From a virus (lineage: Duplodnaviria > Caudoviricetes): DNA of 64,000 bases. A program made the translations under genes and the position numbers. Below the pieces are notes generated by a model. It saw nothing but the letters and a program-made list of their open reading frames with translations, did no database searches and was not told where the DNA came from. Below are positions 1-11,570 of the stretch, piece by piece (position 1 is the stretch's first letter; every line of letters starts with the position of its first letter). The DNA lies in IMG/VR virus record IMGVR_UViG_3300020577_014021. One strand, 5' to 3'.

Positions 1-582
1 AACAAAAATTACACCATCATCACGTAATAAGGTTTTTGCTAAAAACAACCGAGGATACATCATGCTTAACCAATTGCTATGATAATACCCACTGTCTTTG
101 CTGTTCTTTCTGAACATTCCTTCTTTCATTAAATGACCTTCTTCGTCTTTATCTCCTACTCGTTTTTCATAATCACTTTTATTTTCTTTGAAATTATCAG
201 GATAAATAAAATTGTCGTTACCGGTGTTGTATGGCGGATCAATAATTATACACTTTATTTTTCCATGATAAGATTTCTGTAAAATCTTTAATACTTCGAG
301 ATTTTCGCCTTCAATAAAAACGTTTTGCGAAGTGTCAAAATTAATAGATTCTTCAGGTACGGGTTTTAATGTAGCCGTTGTAGGAATTTGCAGGTTTTTA
401 AATGCATCTGATTTTCCTGCCCAATTTAAAACATATCTCTCATTGGAAAAATTAATATTATCGCTAAAAACAGCCTTAAACTTTTCCATATCAATTTTGT
501 CTTCAGAAAAAACATTTGGAAAAAGCTGCTTTAATTTTTCAATATTATCTTGTAATATATGTAGAGGTTTTCCATCCATCAT
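1..582 (-). CDS. mod: Type III restriction-modification methyltransferase (Mod), 5' part; runs off the window start
   Basis: Manual translation (not in ORF track): MMDGKPLHILQDNIEKLKQLFP...ERYVLNWAGKS...NVFIEGENLEVLKILQKSYHGKIKCIIIDPPYNTG...HSNWLSMMYPRLFLAKTLLRDDGVIFV; DPPY motif and typical Mod N-terminus. Confidence 0.92.
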   Translation of the reverse strand, partial: MMDGKPLHILQDNIEKLKQLFPNVFSEDKIDMEKFKAVFSDNINFSNERYVLNWAGKSDAFKNLQIPTTATLKPVPEESINFDTSQNVFIEGENLEVLKILQKSYHGKIKCIIIDPPYNTGNDNFIYPDNFKENKSDYEKRVGDKDEEGHLMKEGMFRKNSKDSGYYHSNWLSMMYPRLFLAKTLLRDDGVIFV

Positions 583-914
583 TCGCTCATCTTTTTTGCT
601 AAATTCAACATATCGAACTTTCTTATTTGTTTGCTGTGCGCAAATAAAAGTTATATCTGATTTTGTCTACATTGATACTGATAATAAAATATAGTTTAGG
701 CGTTCTTCTTTTTAGAGCACCTAAAAATAAATCTTTGTTCATTATTTATGAGATTAAGACTTAAAGAAATAATTATTATTTTTTGTCAATGACTGTGAGT
801 CGATTAAAATTTGAAATTAGCCCATTACCGGAATAATTGTCAGTCTTACAAAGTACAACCAATAATACCCATCGTTCATTTTGCATTTAATTTACCTTTA
901 TTTATTTTAAATTA

Positions 915-1559
915 TTACGCATTAGCCTGACGATGATTTAACTCATATTCATATTGCAAAAAACGCAAAACTCCAACATAATAACCGCTATAAATTTTTG
1001 CTTTATGCAATTCACATGATTGAACACGATTTTTCACTTCTTCTTTAAAATCCCAAGAAATGTATTCTGGCATCCATAAATCCTGTCTACTTTTAGCTTG
1101 ATCCATCATGGTTAAAGTACCTAATGCATTAATAAATGCACTATCTTTTTCATCACAACCAGTATGCGCAATTGCTGTACTATGCACAATTTCAAAAAAT
1201 CTATTATATTGCTTTTCTTTTTTACCTTCTAATTCTTTAACAATTTCTTTAAACTCTTCTTCTTTTCCATAATTAGCACACAGGAATATAAGCTTATCCA
1301 GAGTTGGAATTAACAATTTATAGTCTTGAATACAATATTGATGCTTTAAATGATTTAATAAATCAAAAGAAAACTTCTGTTTTGCAAATTTTAAAGCTTC
1401 TCTAATATTAACCATATTGGTCAAATACTTATATAACATTTGACGTTGTTCTATGGTTTCTAAATTATTAAGCAGTCTCAAATCTTGAAACCACTTCGGA
1501 ATTATATCACTAATAAACTTTGAAAGATTAATTTGCTCTTTTATTTCTTGATCAGTCAT
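915..1559 (-). CDS. hypothetical protein
   Basis: 214 aa ORF with GGAG RBS. Confidence 0.7.
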   Translation of the reverse strand: MTDQEIKEQINLSKFISDIIPKWFQDLRLLNNLETIEQRQMLYKYLTNMVNIREALKFAKQKFSFDLLNHLKHQYCIQDYKLLIPTLDKLIFLCANYGKEEEFKEIVKELEGKKEKQYNRFFEIVHSTAIAHTGCDEKDSAFINALGTLTMMDQAKSRQDLWMPEYISWDFKEEVKNRVQSCELHKAKIYSGYYVGVLRFLQYEYELNHRQANA

Positions 1560-1709
1560 AAATCTCCAAATTAGGCCTACGATAAAGTGGGTTTTCTAAT
1601 ACAAAAAATCCTATTGGCCATGTAGATTTATCCTTAGTGATAAATCTATTCCAATCATTTGAACTATGCATTGTTTTTATTTCTCTGAGTTAAAATTTCA
1701 AACATATTA

Positions 1710-1949
1710 TTAATTTACCCTTGACATCTCAAAAAAATCAAAGGGGTCAATTTCTATCCATTCAACATCATTAGCAATCAATGTTGCCTCAGCATCATTT
1801 AAATTCGTCATCTTAATTCTAATGTCATGCCCATAATCAAAATAGCCACTATTATAACATGCAAACTTCCACCTGTGTGGAGAATCACCATAACGTCTCA
1901 CTAAATACCAACTACCATCCTTAAGCTCATCTCTAATTAAATTCATCAT
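1710..1949 (-). CDS. hypothetical protein, paralog family with 8358, 15396 and 50245
   Basis: IRDELKDGSWYLVR...EWIEIDP; GAGGAG RBS. Confidence 0.7.
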   Translation of the reverse strand: MMNLIRDELKDGSWYLVRRYGDSPHRWKFACYNSGYFDYGHDIRIKMTNLNDAEATLIANDVEWIEIDPFDFFEMSRVN

Positions 1950-1990
1950 TATAATCTCCTCAATTTAAATTAACAAACATATTGATATAA

Positions 1991-2377
1991 TTACCAATTA
2001 CGATACAAAAGCACAACTAAAACCCATAACAATAAGAAAGACTGCAAACCCAGTATAACCCAAACTATGGTAAACATCTTGTTGTTCTTTTTATTTTGTC
2101 TTTCTAATTCACTATTAATCACACCTTTATCACAAGACAAAGGTCCAGTATAGAAATTCATAAAGTTTTTCTGATCAAGTACTGTTTTTATTTGATCAAC
2201 TTTATTTTCAATAGCATTCAAATCATTTTTAAAATTATTACCATCAAAAATAGGAATGCAACTAAACATACCATTCAAATCAACTACCCTAATAGCATTT
2301 TGAGGCTGTTCTTCGTAAGAAACTGATTTTGTATCGTCTTCATTATTTTCCATAAATCTCCTTCTAACACATGTCAA
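1991..2377 (-). CDS. membrane-anchored hypothetical protein
   Basis: C-terminal hydrophobic helix; probable start is MENNE after AGGAG. Confidence 0.6.
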   Translation of the reverse strand: MTCVRRRFMENNEDDTKSVSYEEQPQNAIRVVDLNGMFSCIPIFDGNNFKNDLNAIENKVDQIKTVLDQKNFMNFYTGPLSCDKGVINSELERQNKKNNKMFTIVWVILGLQSFLLLWVLVVLLYRNW

Positions 2378-2464
2378 TACTAAAAATCAACCACTTTACC
2401 CCAAAAAGAAGCGAAAATCCCGGGGTTTTTTCAATTTTACCCCTATTTTTACCAACTAAAACAG

Positions 2465-2654
2465 CTAAGTGCTTGATTTATAACGAAACACATAAAAAAG
2501 AAGCACTTTTCCCCTATAGAAGTAAGTGAGTATACCCCCATTTATAAAATGTGAAACAAATCAATATAACCTAAATACTTGATTTATATAACAAAACACA
2601 TTTTAGATGAAACGAAACACAAAAATGAACGGTTTACCCCCTATACAAGTAATG
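2465..2654. repeat. Imperfect direct repeat pair (2465-2528, 2571-2654), each with an IHF-consensus site
   Basis: CTAAGTGCTTGATTT..AACGAAACACA..CCCCTATAGAAGTAA versus CTAAATACTTGATTT..AACGAAACACA..CCCCTATACAAGTAA; minus strand matches WATCAANNNNTTR. Confidence 0.6.
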
Positions 2655-2661
2655 CTTTAGA

Positions 2662-2925
2662 CTAATGAAACACAACTTCACCCAATAAATGGTCAGCTAA
2701 TGATTCACCAACTAACCTAATTGCTACCAAATCATCATAATTATATTCTTGCTTAACCAATAACGTCTGCTTTATCTGCAAAATGCTCCCAATAACCCCT
2801 ACCATAATACCCTTTTGAGATTCTAATGGCAAAATATCTATCAAAGACTCACTAGACATCACTATTTCATCAATATATGCCAATAAACCATCAAGTCGCG
2901 GACCACTATCTACCTTAACCACCAT
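2662..2925 (-). CDS. hypothetical protein
   Basis: 87 aa ORF with GGAGGAG RBS. Confidence 0.7.
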   Translation of the reverse strand: MVVKVDSGPRLDGLLAYIDEIVMSSESLIDILPLESQKGIMVGVIGSILQIKQTLLVKQEYNYDDLVAIRLVGESLADHLLGEVVFH

Positions 2926-3685
2926 AAATTATCTCCTCCAATAGGGTGCTCATATTACCACAGTCTACCATTACCCCCTATATCAAGCAATTATAAAATA
3001 GTCAAATGTATTATAAATATTTTAACATCTATAAAACTATAGGAAATAGGGTATAAAAAAAGTCGAAAACGCATATAACGGCAAATGCGAGGTTTTAAAC
3101 GTATAGTCAAGGGTTTGGCATAGGTAATAGGCAGATAATGGATAAGACAAGCTAATAATGCGTTTAAATAGGTAAATTTGGTACATGTAGAATTGAAAAA
3201 TCTTTTGTGCGGGGTATGATTAGGTAGTAGGTAGCCAAAAATTTAAAAAATTCACTGTAAAAAGTTGGGGGCGGGTTACTGGTACTCTTCTTGCTTGACA
3301 TGTCATTATGTAAAATACACGTTACAGAGGGCTTGCCGAACGTAACGAAATGGTGATTTGCTAGCTCCAATTTTCCCCTTTTTAACACTCCCTCTACCAA
3401 ATACATGTACCTACGCCTATCTAAACGTCCGTTTAAGACTACTTATTTAAATCTTACATATCCCTATACCCTAGTTAAAATTACCTATTAAATGACTATA
3501 TATGCAATAACGATACTTCACTACATATACTTACACCATTATCCTATGAGCCTGTAATGGCATTAAACGTTATAGTGTGTATAAGGCATTGTGAATTAAA
3601 TAATTATTTTCATTTTAATCATTACGTATGTTTGACAATTAGATAACAAACATTGTATAAATGATTTTGCATAAGGAGGAATCTG

Positions 3686-4729
3686 ATGAGTTTACAGGTT
3701 TTGTTGTATGATATTGGGAATGCCGAATATTCTTTAGATCACTTATTAGAAGATATAGTAGAGAGTATTAAAGAAACAGATGCAAAAATCATTGAGCTGC
3801 AGAAGTTAAAAAAAGAGCTGAAAGAAAAGGCTACTAACGTTTATAATCAAAGAAAACTAGTCATTGCTTTTCATGAAAATATACAGCAATATATAACAAA
3901 TAAACAAGATTATTTTGCGGAGCATTTGGAAATTTATGAAGATGAAAAAACAGAAACCTTAAAGCCTGAATGGTACCGTTACAATTGTGTAGAAAAAGAA
4001 TGGCCAGAATTTTTTGAAAATGAATATATCATTAAAAACCCTGATAATTTTGATCCTGAAGTAGTAGAAGAAGTTAAGCAAGAAATATTAGAAGCTGAAA
4101 TAAAAACAAAGGAAACTTCAGAACAAAAACAAGTAATAATTGAAGAAGATACCAAAATATCTGAAAAATCAACTGAGCAAATTGAAAATGCTATTCCTGA
4201 AGAATTACCTAAGATTGAAATAAAGATACCAAATAAACAACCTGTTGACTTTGTATATTTCCATGAAAAAAGTGGTGCGCACAAAGTTTTTGAATTAGTA
4301 GCCCTTAATGAAGTATTATCTTTTGGTGATATTCTAGAACGTGTTTCGGCTAAATATGATTGGATTACTAAAAAACAAATTGATAATGCATTAGTAGCTT
4401 TAGTTAAAAACAAAATATTTGAAAAACTTGAATATAATAAATATAAAAAAGTTTATATTGGTGAAAAATTACCTAGTACTAAATTTAATATAATGAAAGA
4501 AATACGCCGAGTAATTAGCACTTTTACAGGGGCTTTTAAACCAATAGACGTCTTAAACGGCTTAACACATTTTGAAACGTCTACAAAAGCCAATAAAATG
4601 CGTGAAGAATTACGTTACCAAGTTAAACAGGGGAAATTATTATGCCACCGTGAAAAAAGTGGTACTGTTTTTTATACGCCTGTAGGACATAGCTTTCCAA
4701 ATGTAATTAAATTTCCACAAGCAGCTTAA
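3686..4729 (+). CDS. coiled-coil/acidic protein with probable C-terminal winged-helix domains
   Basis: AAGGAGG RBS; TTGACA at 3632; wHTH-like segments (QIDNALVALVKNKIFEK; MREELRYQVKQGKL). Confidence 0.65.
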   Translation: MSLQVLLYDIGNAEYSLDHLLEDIVESIKETDAKIIELQKLKKELKEKATNVYNQRKLVIAFHENIQQYITNKQDYFAEHLEIYEDEKTETLKPEWYRYNCVEKEWPEFFENEYIIKNPDNFDPEVVEEVKQEILEAEIKTKETSEQKQVIIEEDTKISEKSTEQIENAIPEELPKIEIKIPNKQPVDFVYFHEKSGAHKVFELVALNEVLSFGDILERVSAKYDWITKKQIDNALVALVKNKIFEKLEYNKYKKVYIGEKLPSTKFNIMKEIRRVISTFTGAFKPIDVLNGLTHFETSTKANKMREELRYQVKQGKLLCHREKSGTVFYTPVGHSFPNVIKFPQAA

Positions 4730-4873
4730 CAAAACTATCAAGGAATAAAATTAATTTATAAATACAATAATTGGTTTCTTCATATTAGGATTAATGTTAC
4801 TACTCATTTACATTTTAAGGGACTGGTATCATTTTAAACAAAAAGTAATTAAATCTTAAAGGATAAGAACAAC

Positions 4874-5299
4874 ATGCTAGGCGAATGGATAAAACAATGC
4901 ATAGCTGATTCTGAAAAACAAAAATATATGTCTTTTAAAGATATTTGTGCTTTATTAAGCAAATTTAAAAACCTACAAAAAGGCTGGTATGATGGTTTGC
5001 AAGGTGAACCTATATTAAATACCTTTATTGATTGTGTACATAAATTCCTTTATAACTTAGCTTATGAAACACCAATAGGTAAAATATTTATTTACCCTAT
5101 GCTTAATGGTGGTATAAGGGCTGAATTTGATTGGCATGGTTGGTGTATTTCAATTGAATTTTATGACATTACAAAACCAGCCTATTTACATGCTAGTACC
5201 TTAGGTAATGATAAACCAAAACAATTTATTATCCCTGATTGGTATGTTTACCCTGAATTCTTTGGGGTAACTGAATTTTTATGGGCTATTGCAACTTAA
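4874..5299 (+). CDS. hypothetical protein, paralog of 11571
   Basis: GWYDGLQGEPI...IYPMLNGGIRAEF pattern. Confidence 0.7.
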   Translation: MLGEWIKQCIADSEKQKYMSFKDICALLSKFKNLQKGWYDGLQGEPILNTFIDCVHKFLYNLAYETPIGKIFIYPMLNGGIRAEFDWHGWCISIEFYDITKPAYLHASTLGNDKPKQFIIPDWYVYPEFFGVTEFLWAIAT

Positions 5300-5319
5300 A
5301 AATAAATTTACTTTTTTAG

Positions 5320-5347
5320 TTGACATCTTTTTGTTTTATGGTAGTAT
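5320..5347 (+). promoter_or_regulatory. sigma70-type early promoter
   Basis: TTGACA-N16-TAGTAT with TGn extended -10, followed by TTCATAAGTTG. Confidence 0.75.
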
Positions 5348-5394
5348 TGATTCATAAGTTGTCATTGATGAACACCAAATGCTGAAAGAAAATT

Positions 5395-5772
5395 ATGCAT
5401 CCAAACAATTATAAAACTCTTCGCGGTTTAACAAAAGCTACTGAAAATATTTTAAAAATAAAAAAAGATAATCCTTTGGCTAAAATTCCAGGAATGAGCA
5501 TAGGATTGTGGTTAATTAATGCAAAATATCACGCTAAAACACATTTCAACGCTGAAAATACTATTAACGATTTAATTAAAAAATACGCAATAACTAAAAT
5601 AGGCGATTTATTAGCAATTGGGGAATCTGCCCTTTCTTCTCCTTTTGAAAACATTGATAGAGAATATATCGAGGGAGATAATATTCCTGGGGTTGGTATT
5701 ATACAAGAAATATACGGGGAACAATACAGAATTAATAATCAATGGTATCATAAACGTTGTTTTGGAAAATAA
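5395..5772 (+). CDS. hypothetical early protein
   Basis: ORF directly downstream of promoter and GCTGAAA motif. Confidence 0.7.
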   Translation: MHPNNYKTLRGLTKATENILKIKKDNPLAKIPGMSIGLWLINAKYHAKTHFNAENTINDLIKKYAITKIGDLLAIGESALSSPFENIDREYIEGDNIPGVGIIQEIYGEQYRINNQWYHKRCFGK

Positions 5773-5868
5773 ATAGCTTACCAGATTTTTGTTTTATGGT
5801 ATTTTTTATTTATAAGTTGGTAGCAAGAAGTAAAAAACAAACGTTGAAATGGATAAGGAAATTAGAAA

Positions 5869-6102
5869 ATGAATACCAAACAACAAATAAAAATTGGCCA
5901 AATATGGGAAGAAAACGATCCACGTTTTAAAAGAAACGTAGCAGTAATAGATATTGATTTTATAGATCAAAATGTTTTTGTTCAAACCATCAGTAATGCT
6001 GGTTATAATCATAGAAAAGAATGGGTATCATTGCCAGTCGGAAAGAAAAGTCGTAACAATATTTCTCGTTTTGTTAAGCATTACACATTAGTCCAAAAAT
6101 AA
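5869..6102 (+). CDS. hypothetical protein
   Basis: ORF with AAGGA upstream. Confidence 0.6.
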   Translation: MNTKQQIKIGQIWEENDPRFKRNVAVIDIDFIDQNVFVQTISNAGYNHRKEWVSLPVGKKSRNNISRFVKHYTLVQK

Positions 6103-6607
6103 ATATTATGCCTATTATTCTACCAATTATTCTACCAATACAAGACAATCATCCCATGAATCCAGTTGAAGCCGTTTTATTGCTATTGATGATATTTGCT
6201 TTTATATTTATACATATAAGCGATATTTATGAAAATAAATTTACTCAACTTATTGGATATATAGGTTGGTTATTTATATACATTCTTATAGGTATTTGTA
6301 TTTTAACTCCTATTGTAATTATATTAAATAGCTTTGGAATACATCCATAAACATGAACCTAAAAGACTTAGAACAACAACTAGCCTACATTCGTTCTTTA
6401 GGGGCTACAGACGATGCTGAAATTATGTTTGGCCCTGATCACCGTGTAGCTGAAAATAAAATAGAAGTTGTTTTCTTTCCAGCTAGAGATAGACATGAAT
6501 ACAAACGCGATAAAAATTGCAAGAATTTAGTGGCTTTTTTATACAATAAAAATGGTAGCATTCATTCTTAAAAAAATAAAAACATAAAGAAAAAATATAT
6601 AATAGCC

Positions 6608-6635
6608 TTGACATCTTGTTATAATTCGTTAGAAT
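6608..6635 (+). promoter_or_regulatory. sigma70-type early promoter
   Basis: TTGACA-N16-TAGAAT. Confidence 0.65.
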
Positions 6636-6670
6636 ACATTTATAACGCTGAAACAAATACTGGAAATAAT

Positions 6671-6922
6671 ATGCACAATTATAAGATTATAGATAAACAC
6701 TTTTTAAATCAAAACACTACTAAAGATGAATGGACAGACATCACAGCAGATTCTGTTGATGGTGCTGCAGGAAAATACATACATAATTTTTATCAATTTA
6801 AGCCAAAAGATGGAGAAATTATTACTTTGCAAATCATAGATCAAAATAACCAAACTTACGAAGTTAATTTAACTGCTAAGCATACCATTAATTATTTATT
6901 TCATACAAAAAGAATTAAATGA
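6671..6922 (+). CDS. hypothetical protein (IxAxSxxxAA paralog family)
   Basis: Start moved to ATG 6671 because the track's TTG start is the promoter -35; ITADSVDGAAGKY. Confidence 0.6.
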   Translation: MHNYKIIDKHFLNQNTTKDEWTDITADSVDGAAGKYIHNFYQFKPKDGEIITLQIIDQNNQTYEVNLTAKHTINYLFHTKRIK

Positions 6923-6944
6923 AAAAGGAAAGATATAAATTTTT

Positions 6945-7445
6945 ATGATTTTTACTATATTAATGGCATTGTTAATATTTTTCTTTGCATGGGATGTGTT
7001 TTGGTTTGTTAAATGGTATAAATTACAAATCAAACATATGGAAAATGAAAAAAACAATAAATTAATTCAAAATAACAGCTCACTTGAATCAATTCCAATT
7101 GAAGAATTGCCTTTAATTCAAGTGAAATATCAAGATTATAATTCTGAAGAAACAATTACATGTGACATATATAATGAAAATGATTTAGAAAACTGTTTAA
7201 CTACATTATGTAACAATTACAAAAAATGTTCTTATGAAGAATTGTTTGAATCAAATATGAAAACTGTGGCTAATTGTTTGTTGAATTCAATAGAACAAAC
7301 AACTCCTAATATTTTACATGATGGCATGAATAACCATATTTTTTTACGTGCAAATAAACTTAAACAAATTGCAAATTATTTAAAAGACAAACTTCAAAAT
7401 CAAAATTTCGCTTATTTAAATGATTTACCAGAAGTAAAACAATAA
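6945..7445 (+). CDS. N-terminally membrane-anchored hypothetical protein
   Basis: Hydrophobic N-terminal helix. Confidence 0.6.
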   Translation: MIFTILMALLIFFFAWDVFWFVKWYKLQIKHMENEKNNKLIQNNSSLESIPIEELPLIQVKYQDYNSEETITCDIYNENDLENCLTTLCNNYKKCSYEELFESNMKTVANCLLNSIEQTTPNILHDGMNNHIFLRANKLKQIANYLKDKLQNQNFAYLNDLPEVKQ

Positions 7446-7544
7446 ATTAACGCAGAAAGCCCAGTTTTAAAAAAATAGGATTAAGTAAAGAAAGAAGAAT
7501 ACAAGAAGTATTAAGCGCTGAAAACATAGGAGATAATACATAAT

Positions 7545-7916
7545 ATGCGAATTAAAACTAAAATGCCAAGGGATATCAGCCAACTTGCTAAACGAGTGGT
7601 AGATATTTCTACAAGCGAAAATCCAAGAGATAATATTGTTGATATTTATCTTAAAACTTTAAAGAAACTCTTAGAGGCTTTTAAACTTATAAAAGAAATG
7701 AATGAAAAAGAGCGAGCGATATTTACAAATGTAATAGATTTAATAAATATACAAAAGGAAACTGATGATATTTTAAAAACCCTTACAAAATATCGACTCA
7801 TTTTCCAAGATCAGCTTGAAACCGGTTTTACTATGGAAGATTTTAAAAAACTCATTAGAATTGCCGCTGAGCCCGAATCAACCTTTAAACAAGTTAAACC
7901 AAAGAAGAAAAAATGA
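7545..7916 (+). CDS. hypothetical protein with PRDxxQLAKxxVDI motif
   Basis: AGGAG RBS; MPRDISQLAKRVVDIST. Confidence 0.65.
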   Translation: MRIKTKMPRDISQLAKRVVDISTSENPRDNIVDIYLKTLKKLLEAFKLIKEMNEKERAIFTNVIDLINIQKETDDILKTLTKYRLIFQDQLETGFTMEDFKKLIRIAAEPESTFKQVKPKKKK

Positions 7917-9543
7917 AAATGGATGTTAACAAATTAGATTCGTCGATGCTTTTTATTTTAAAAAAGCATCGTGGCTTAGAAATAGAAGATATAGAGAAAA
8001 TACAAACACCCGAAGAACTTTTTGATATTTGGTGTGAATGGGGCGAACTTTTAGGTAGCGGTTTTGGCCCAAGAATTACCTTTAAAAGATGCAAGAGCTA
8101 TTGCAAGAGGATAATCATGAATACTTCAGAAGAATATGCCGTTTATGATTGGTATGGTGGATCTAGAGTTATTCAAGCTAATAGTTTTAAAAAAGCCGTA
8201 GAAGAATGGGATAAATTAGGCATATGTAGAGATGAGAATGATGATTTTGATGAAGTCAGCCTAACTCTCATCAATTCAAAAAAAGAAGAAAAACATTTTA
8301 GATTATTTAGATACAAAGAAAAAACTGAAATTTATATGCTTTTAGAAGGCGAACAAAATGATTAGAGATGAACTTATAATAGGCCAAAAATACATCGTAA
8401 GAGATGAGTGCTGGACTAAAGGCGAAATAAAAAGAACATTAGGTATCGCGACTTGTAGTGATTATAGTGCTAAAAATAATATTGTCCAATTTGTTTTTGA
8501 AAGCATACCGGGTCAAAGAGAAATCAGTATGCGAATAATAACATCAAATATTTCCATGGAATGGATTAAATTTGATGAGACGCAATTTTTTAATAGAGAA
8601 GACAAAGGATGAATATGAGTAATGCTGAAATAAAAATGCTGAAAAATTTACAAAACCAAATTAAAGACCTTGTTGAAATTCAAGAACGTATTGAGCAAAT
8701 TCCTGTGGTGTCTGCTACAGAACCTGAAATTAAAAGGCTACAGGCTTTATATGCCGAAAGAAAGCTGAGAGTCTCTGCTAATGAAAATGTTTTTTGGTTT
8801 CGCTATCCACTTTACAAACCAGATTTAGATTATGCTTTAGATGGAACATTTCTCATTTATAATGGGGCACGTATTGGCGGCGTTAAAACAGAGCATTATA
8901 AAGGGCATCCCAATCCAGGGTTCCATGATGATAAACATGTGCTTTATTGGCGTCCAAAACCTGCTTATCCAGTATAGTTTTTAAAAATTAAAATACATAA
9001 CATATATAAAATTATGAAATTTATTATTAAGACTGAATTGGGAGAAGAGAATAAAATTCCCAAAGAAGCTCAAGTAACCGATGTAATATTGTATGATATA
9101 AGATATTTAACTAAAGCACAATGTAACGAAAAATATTTAAAATGGGGCAATCAATGGAAAGACCATGACGAAAAACACGAAGTTATATCAGACAAAGGCA
9201 TAATACGCCGAATACTAGGCACAAAAAAAGAATATGTACTTGAAATCAACACATTGGAAGAAATGATTAAATTGGCTAATGATTATGATGATTTAACCAT
9301 TAGTTCAAGCAATCTATATGAACAATATCCAGTGCTTTACATTGATTATGACTTTAGCCCTTGTTAAAATATATGAAAAATAAAAAAACTATAGATAATA
9401 AACCCATTACAAGAGAAATTATTATAAAATTACAATTCAATTGGGATGATTATTCTGATGTTTGTGATGAACTTATGCTTGAAGATGGTTTAAGCTTAAA
9501 AGAAGGCATAGAATACGAAATTTTACCACCAGTTAAAAAATAA
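7913..9543 (+). other. Run of five tightly packed hypothetical ORFs (7913, 8358, 8609, 9014, 9361)
   Basis: Mostly overlapping or closely spaced stop/start codons, same strand. Confidence 0.6.
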
Positions 9544-9555
9544 TTGTTTTTATTA

Positions 9556-9583
9556 TTGACATCTTTTTAATTTGTGTTATTAT
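9556..9583 (+). promoter_or_regulatory. sigma70-type early promoter
   Basis: TTGACA-N16-TATTAT with TGn, followed by TTCATAAGTTG; near copy of the 5320 promoter. Confidence 0.75.
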
Positions 9584-9650
9584 CAATTCATAAGTTGATG
9601 GATGAATAATTCAAACATCACTTAATAACGCTGAAATAAGAGAGAAAAAG

Positions 9651-11559
9651 ATGGAATCATTAACTGTTTTTTGCCATTATCTAAATAGAGAAATTGAAAT
9701 TTCTGAATCAAAATTAAATGAAGCAAGTAAATCTTTCAATAAAGACGCTTTTTCATTTTTTCAAGATTCTATTAATTTGATGGAATATGCTGCTAAATTA
9801 AAAGTATGCACAAGAATTTCACAAGTGTTACAGCATGAATCTGTTAATAATGATCTAAACAAAATATATGATTTTTGTTTGCAAGAAACACTAAGGTTAG
9901 CAAAATGGCCTTCCCGTTCTACTTCGCCTACTCAAAATTTAATGCATCAATTAGAAACAGCATCCATTGCAGAGGCTACAGATGAATTAAAAAAAATTAT
10001 TAAGGAACTAATATGAGAAAAGACCACAGAGAAACGTTTAAAATTGATGAAGAATCTTTTAATAAATGGCGCAATGAACATTGGATCAAGTATGCTTCAA
10101 CCAAAAATAGGCATAATTCACTTCAATTCTATGTTAATTTAAATAATACTTATAAAATTGAATGTGACCATGTAATCTGCCATATGAGCAATAATTTTGA
10201 TAAAGCAAAAGAAGAGTGGAACCAGCTTTTAGAGGAATAAAAATGATAACACTTTTAAATGCCTCTTCTATGACTGTTTGCACGAAATGTAAAACAGAAG
10301 TTGAAGAAAAATTACCAATTCAAAATGATGGTTCTGTAATTATAACTTTCAAACCAAAAAATTTTTTATGTAAAAAATGTATTGAACAAGAGATTAAAAA
10401 AAATAATTTATCTTCATTGCTTTTAACAATAATATTATTTTTATTTCTATTGTTATCAATTTATAAAATAATGACTATGAATTAAGGACATTAAAATGTT
10501 AAAAACTAAAAAATTTAAAAAAGAATTTTTACAAGATATTCTTTTTGGTAATCCTACACCATCCTATGTTGACCATAAAATTGTTAGAACTACAGATTGG
10601 TCTATTGTATATAGCATGGTCTTTAGATATAATGATAATTATTATCAAATTGAATATTCTTGCGGTGCTACTGAATTACAAAATCATACGCCTTTTGAAT
10701 ATGCTCCAAACAATATTGAATGCACACACGTAGAACAAAAAGAGGTTATTGTTAAACAATGGGTACCAATTTAATTATGAGCACAGCAACTATAGAATAC
10801 ACTGATGTTGAAGAAGTGATTTGGGCTGATGAAAAACATATTTTAAATATTAAGCTAGAAAAAAGCACAACTAGTGAAATGACGAATATCACAATTAATG
10901 ATAAACTCATTTTAAGTTTGGCTACTCCAAATATGCGCAAATTAATAGAAAACTTATGCAATTTACTTTATTGTGATGCTGATTTAAGTAAATTTAGTAA
11001 GGCTTAAAAATATGGAAATAGAATTTTTCAAAAAAGATGTGGCTTGTGTTAAATTAACTATTACGCCTACCAGAATTCATGTCAAGGTCCCATTAGACAT
11101 AGATATTGATACACAACGTTATATTAATTTTGTAAATTATGTATACGATATTTGCACCAAAGAACAACCTATCAGTTTTTCTCTAAGGAGTAAAATAAGT
11201 TTATTACATGATAAATTAAGGGTACAATTACAAGGCAACAATGGGAAAACTTATTTCGATGTAATAGAAGTCTAGGATCTAAAATGACAGAAGAGCAAAT
11301 AAAATTAATGATTGACTCAATTAAGTGCCAACAACCGATTTGTGACCCTTATCCTGAGTTATATGGATGGTTAGGCCATCCTAAATGGGATAAAGAAAAA
11401 CATAACCCATGGCGGTGTTATCGTGATGGGTACAATCAAGCTTATAAAGAAATTACTAAGTATTTTCAAAATAAATATGCTGTCAAGGGAATTCATGTTG
11501 ATGTACCACCAGAATTTGAAAAAACTTTTCAAGAAAATTTCTGGGATTTATTGGCTTAA
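9651..11559 (+). other. Operon of small hypothetical ORFs (9651, 10013, ~10243, 10496, 10759, 11012, 11284)
   Basis: Tightly packed same-strand ORFs with AGGA-type RBSs. Confidence 0.6.
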
Positions 11560-11570
11560 GGTTTTTTATT

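Noticed and set aside
332-694. 120-aa plus-strand ORF
   Set aside because: Antisense shadow of the Mod gene
3164-3406. 80-aa minus-strand ORF in the strand-switch region
   Set aside because: No RBS, atypical composition, lies within the inverted-symmetry region
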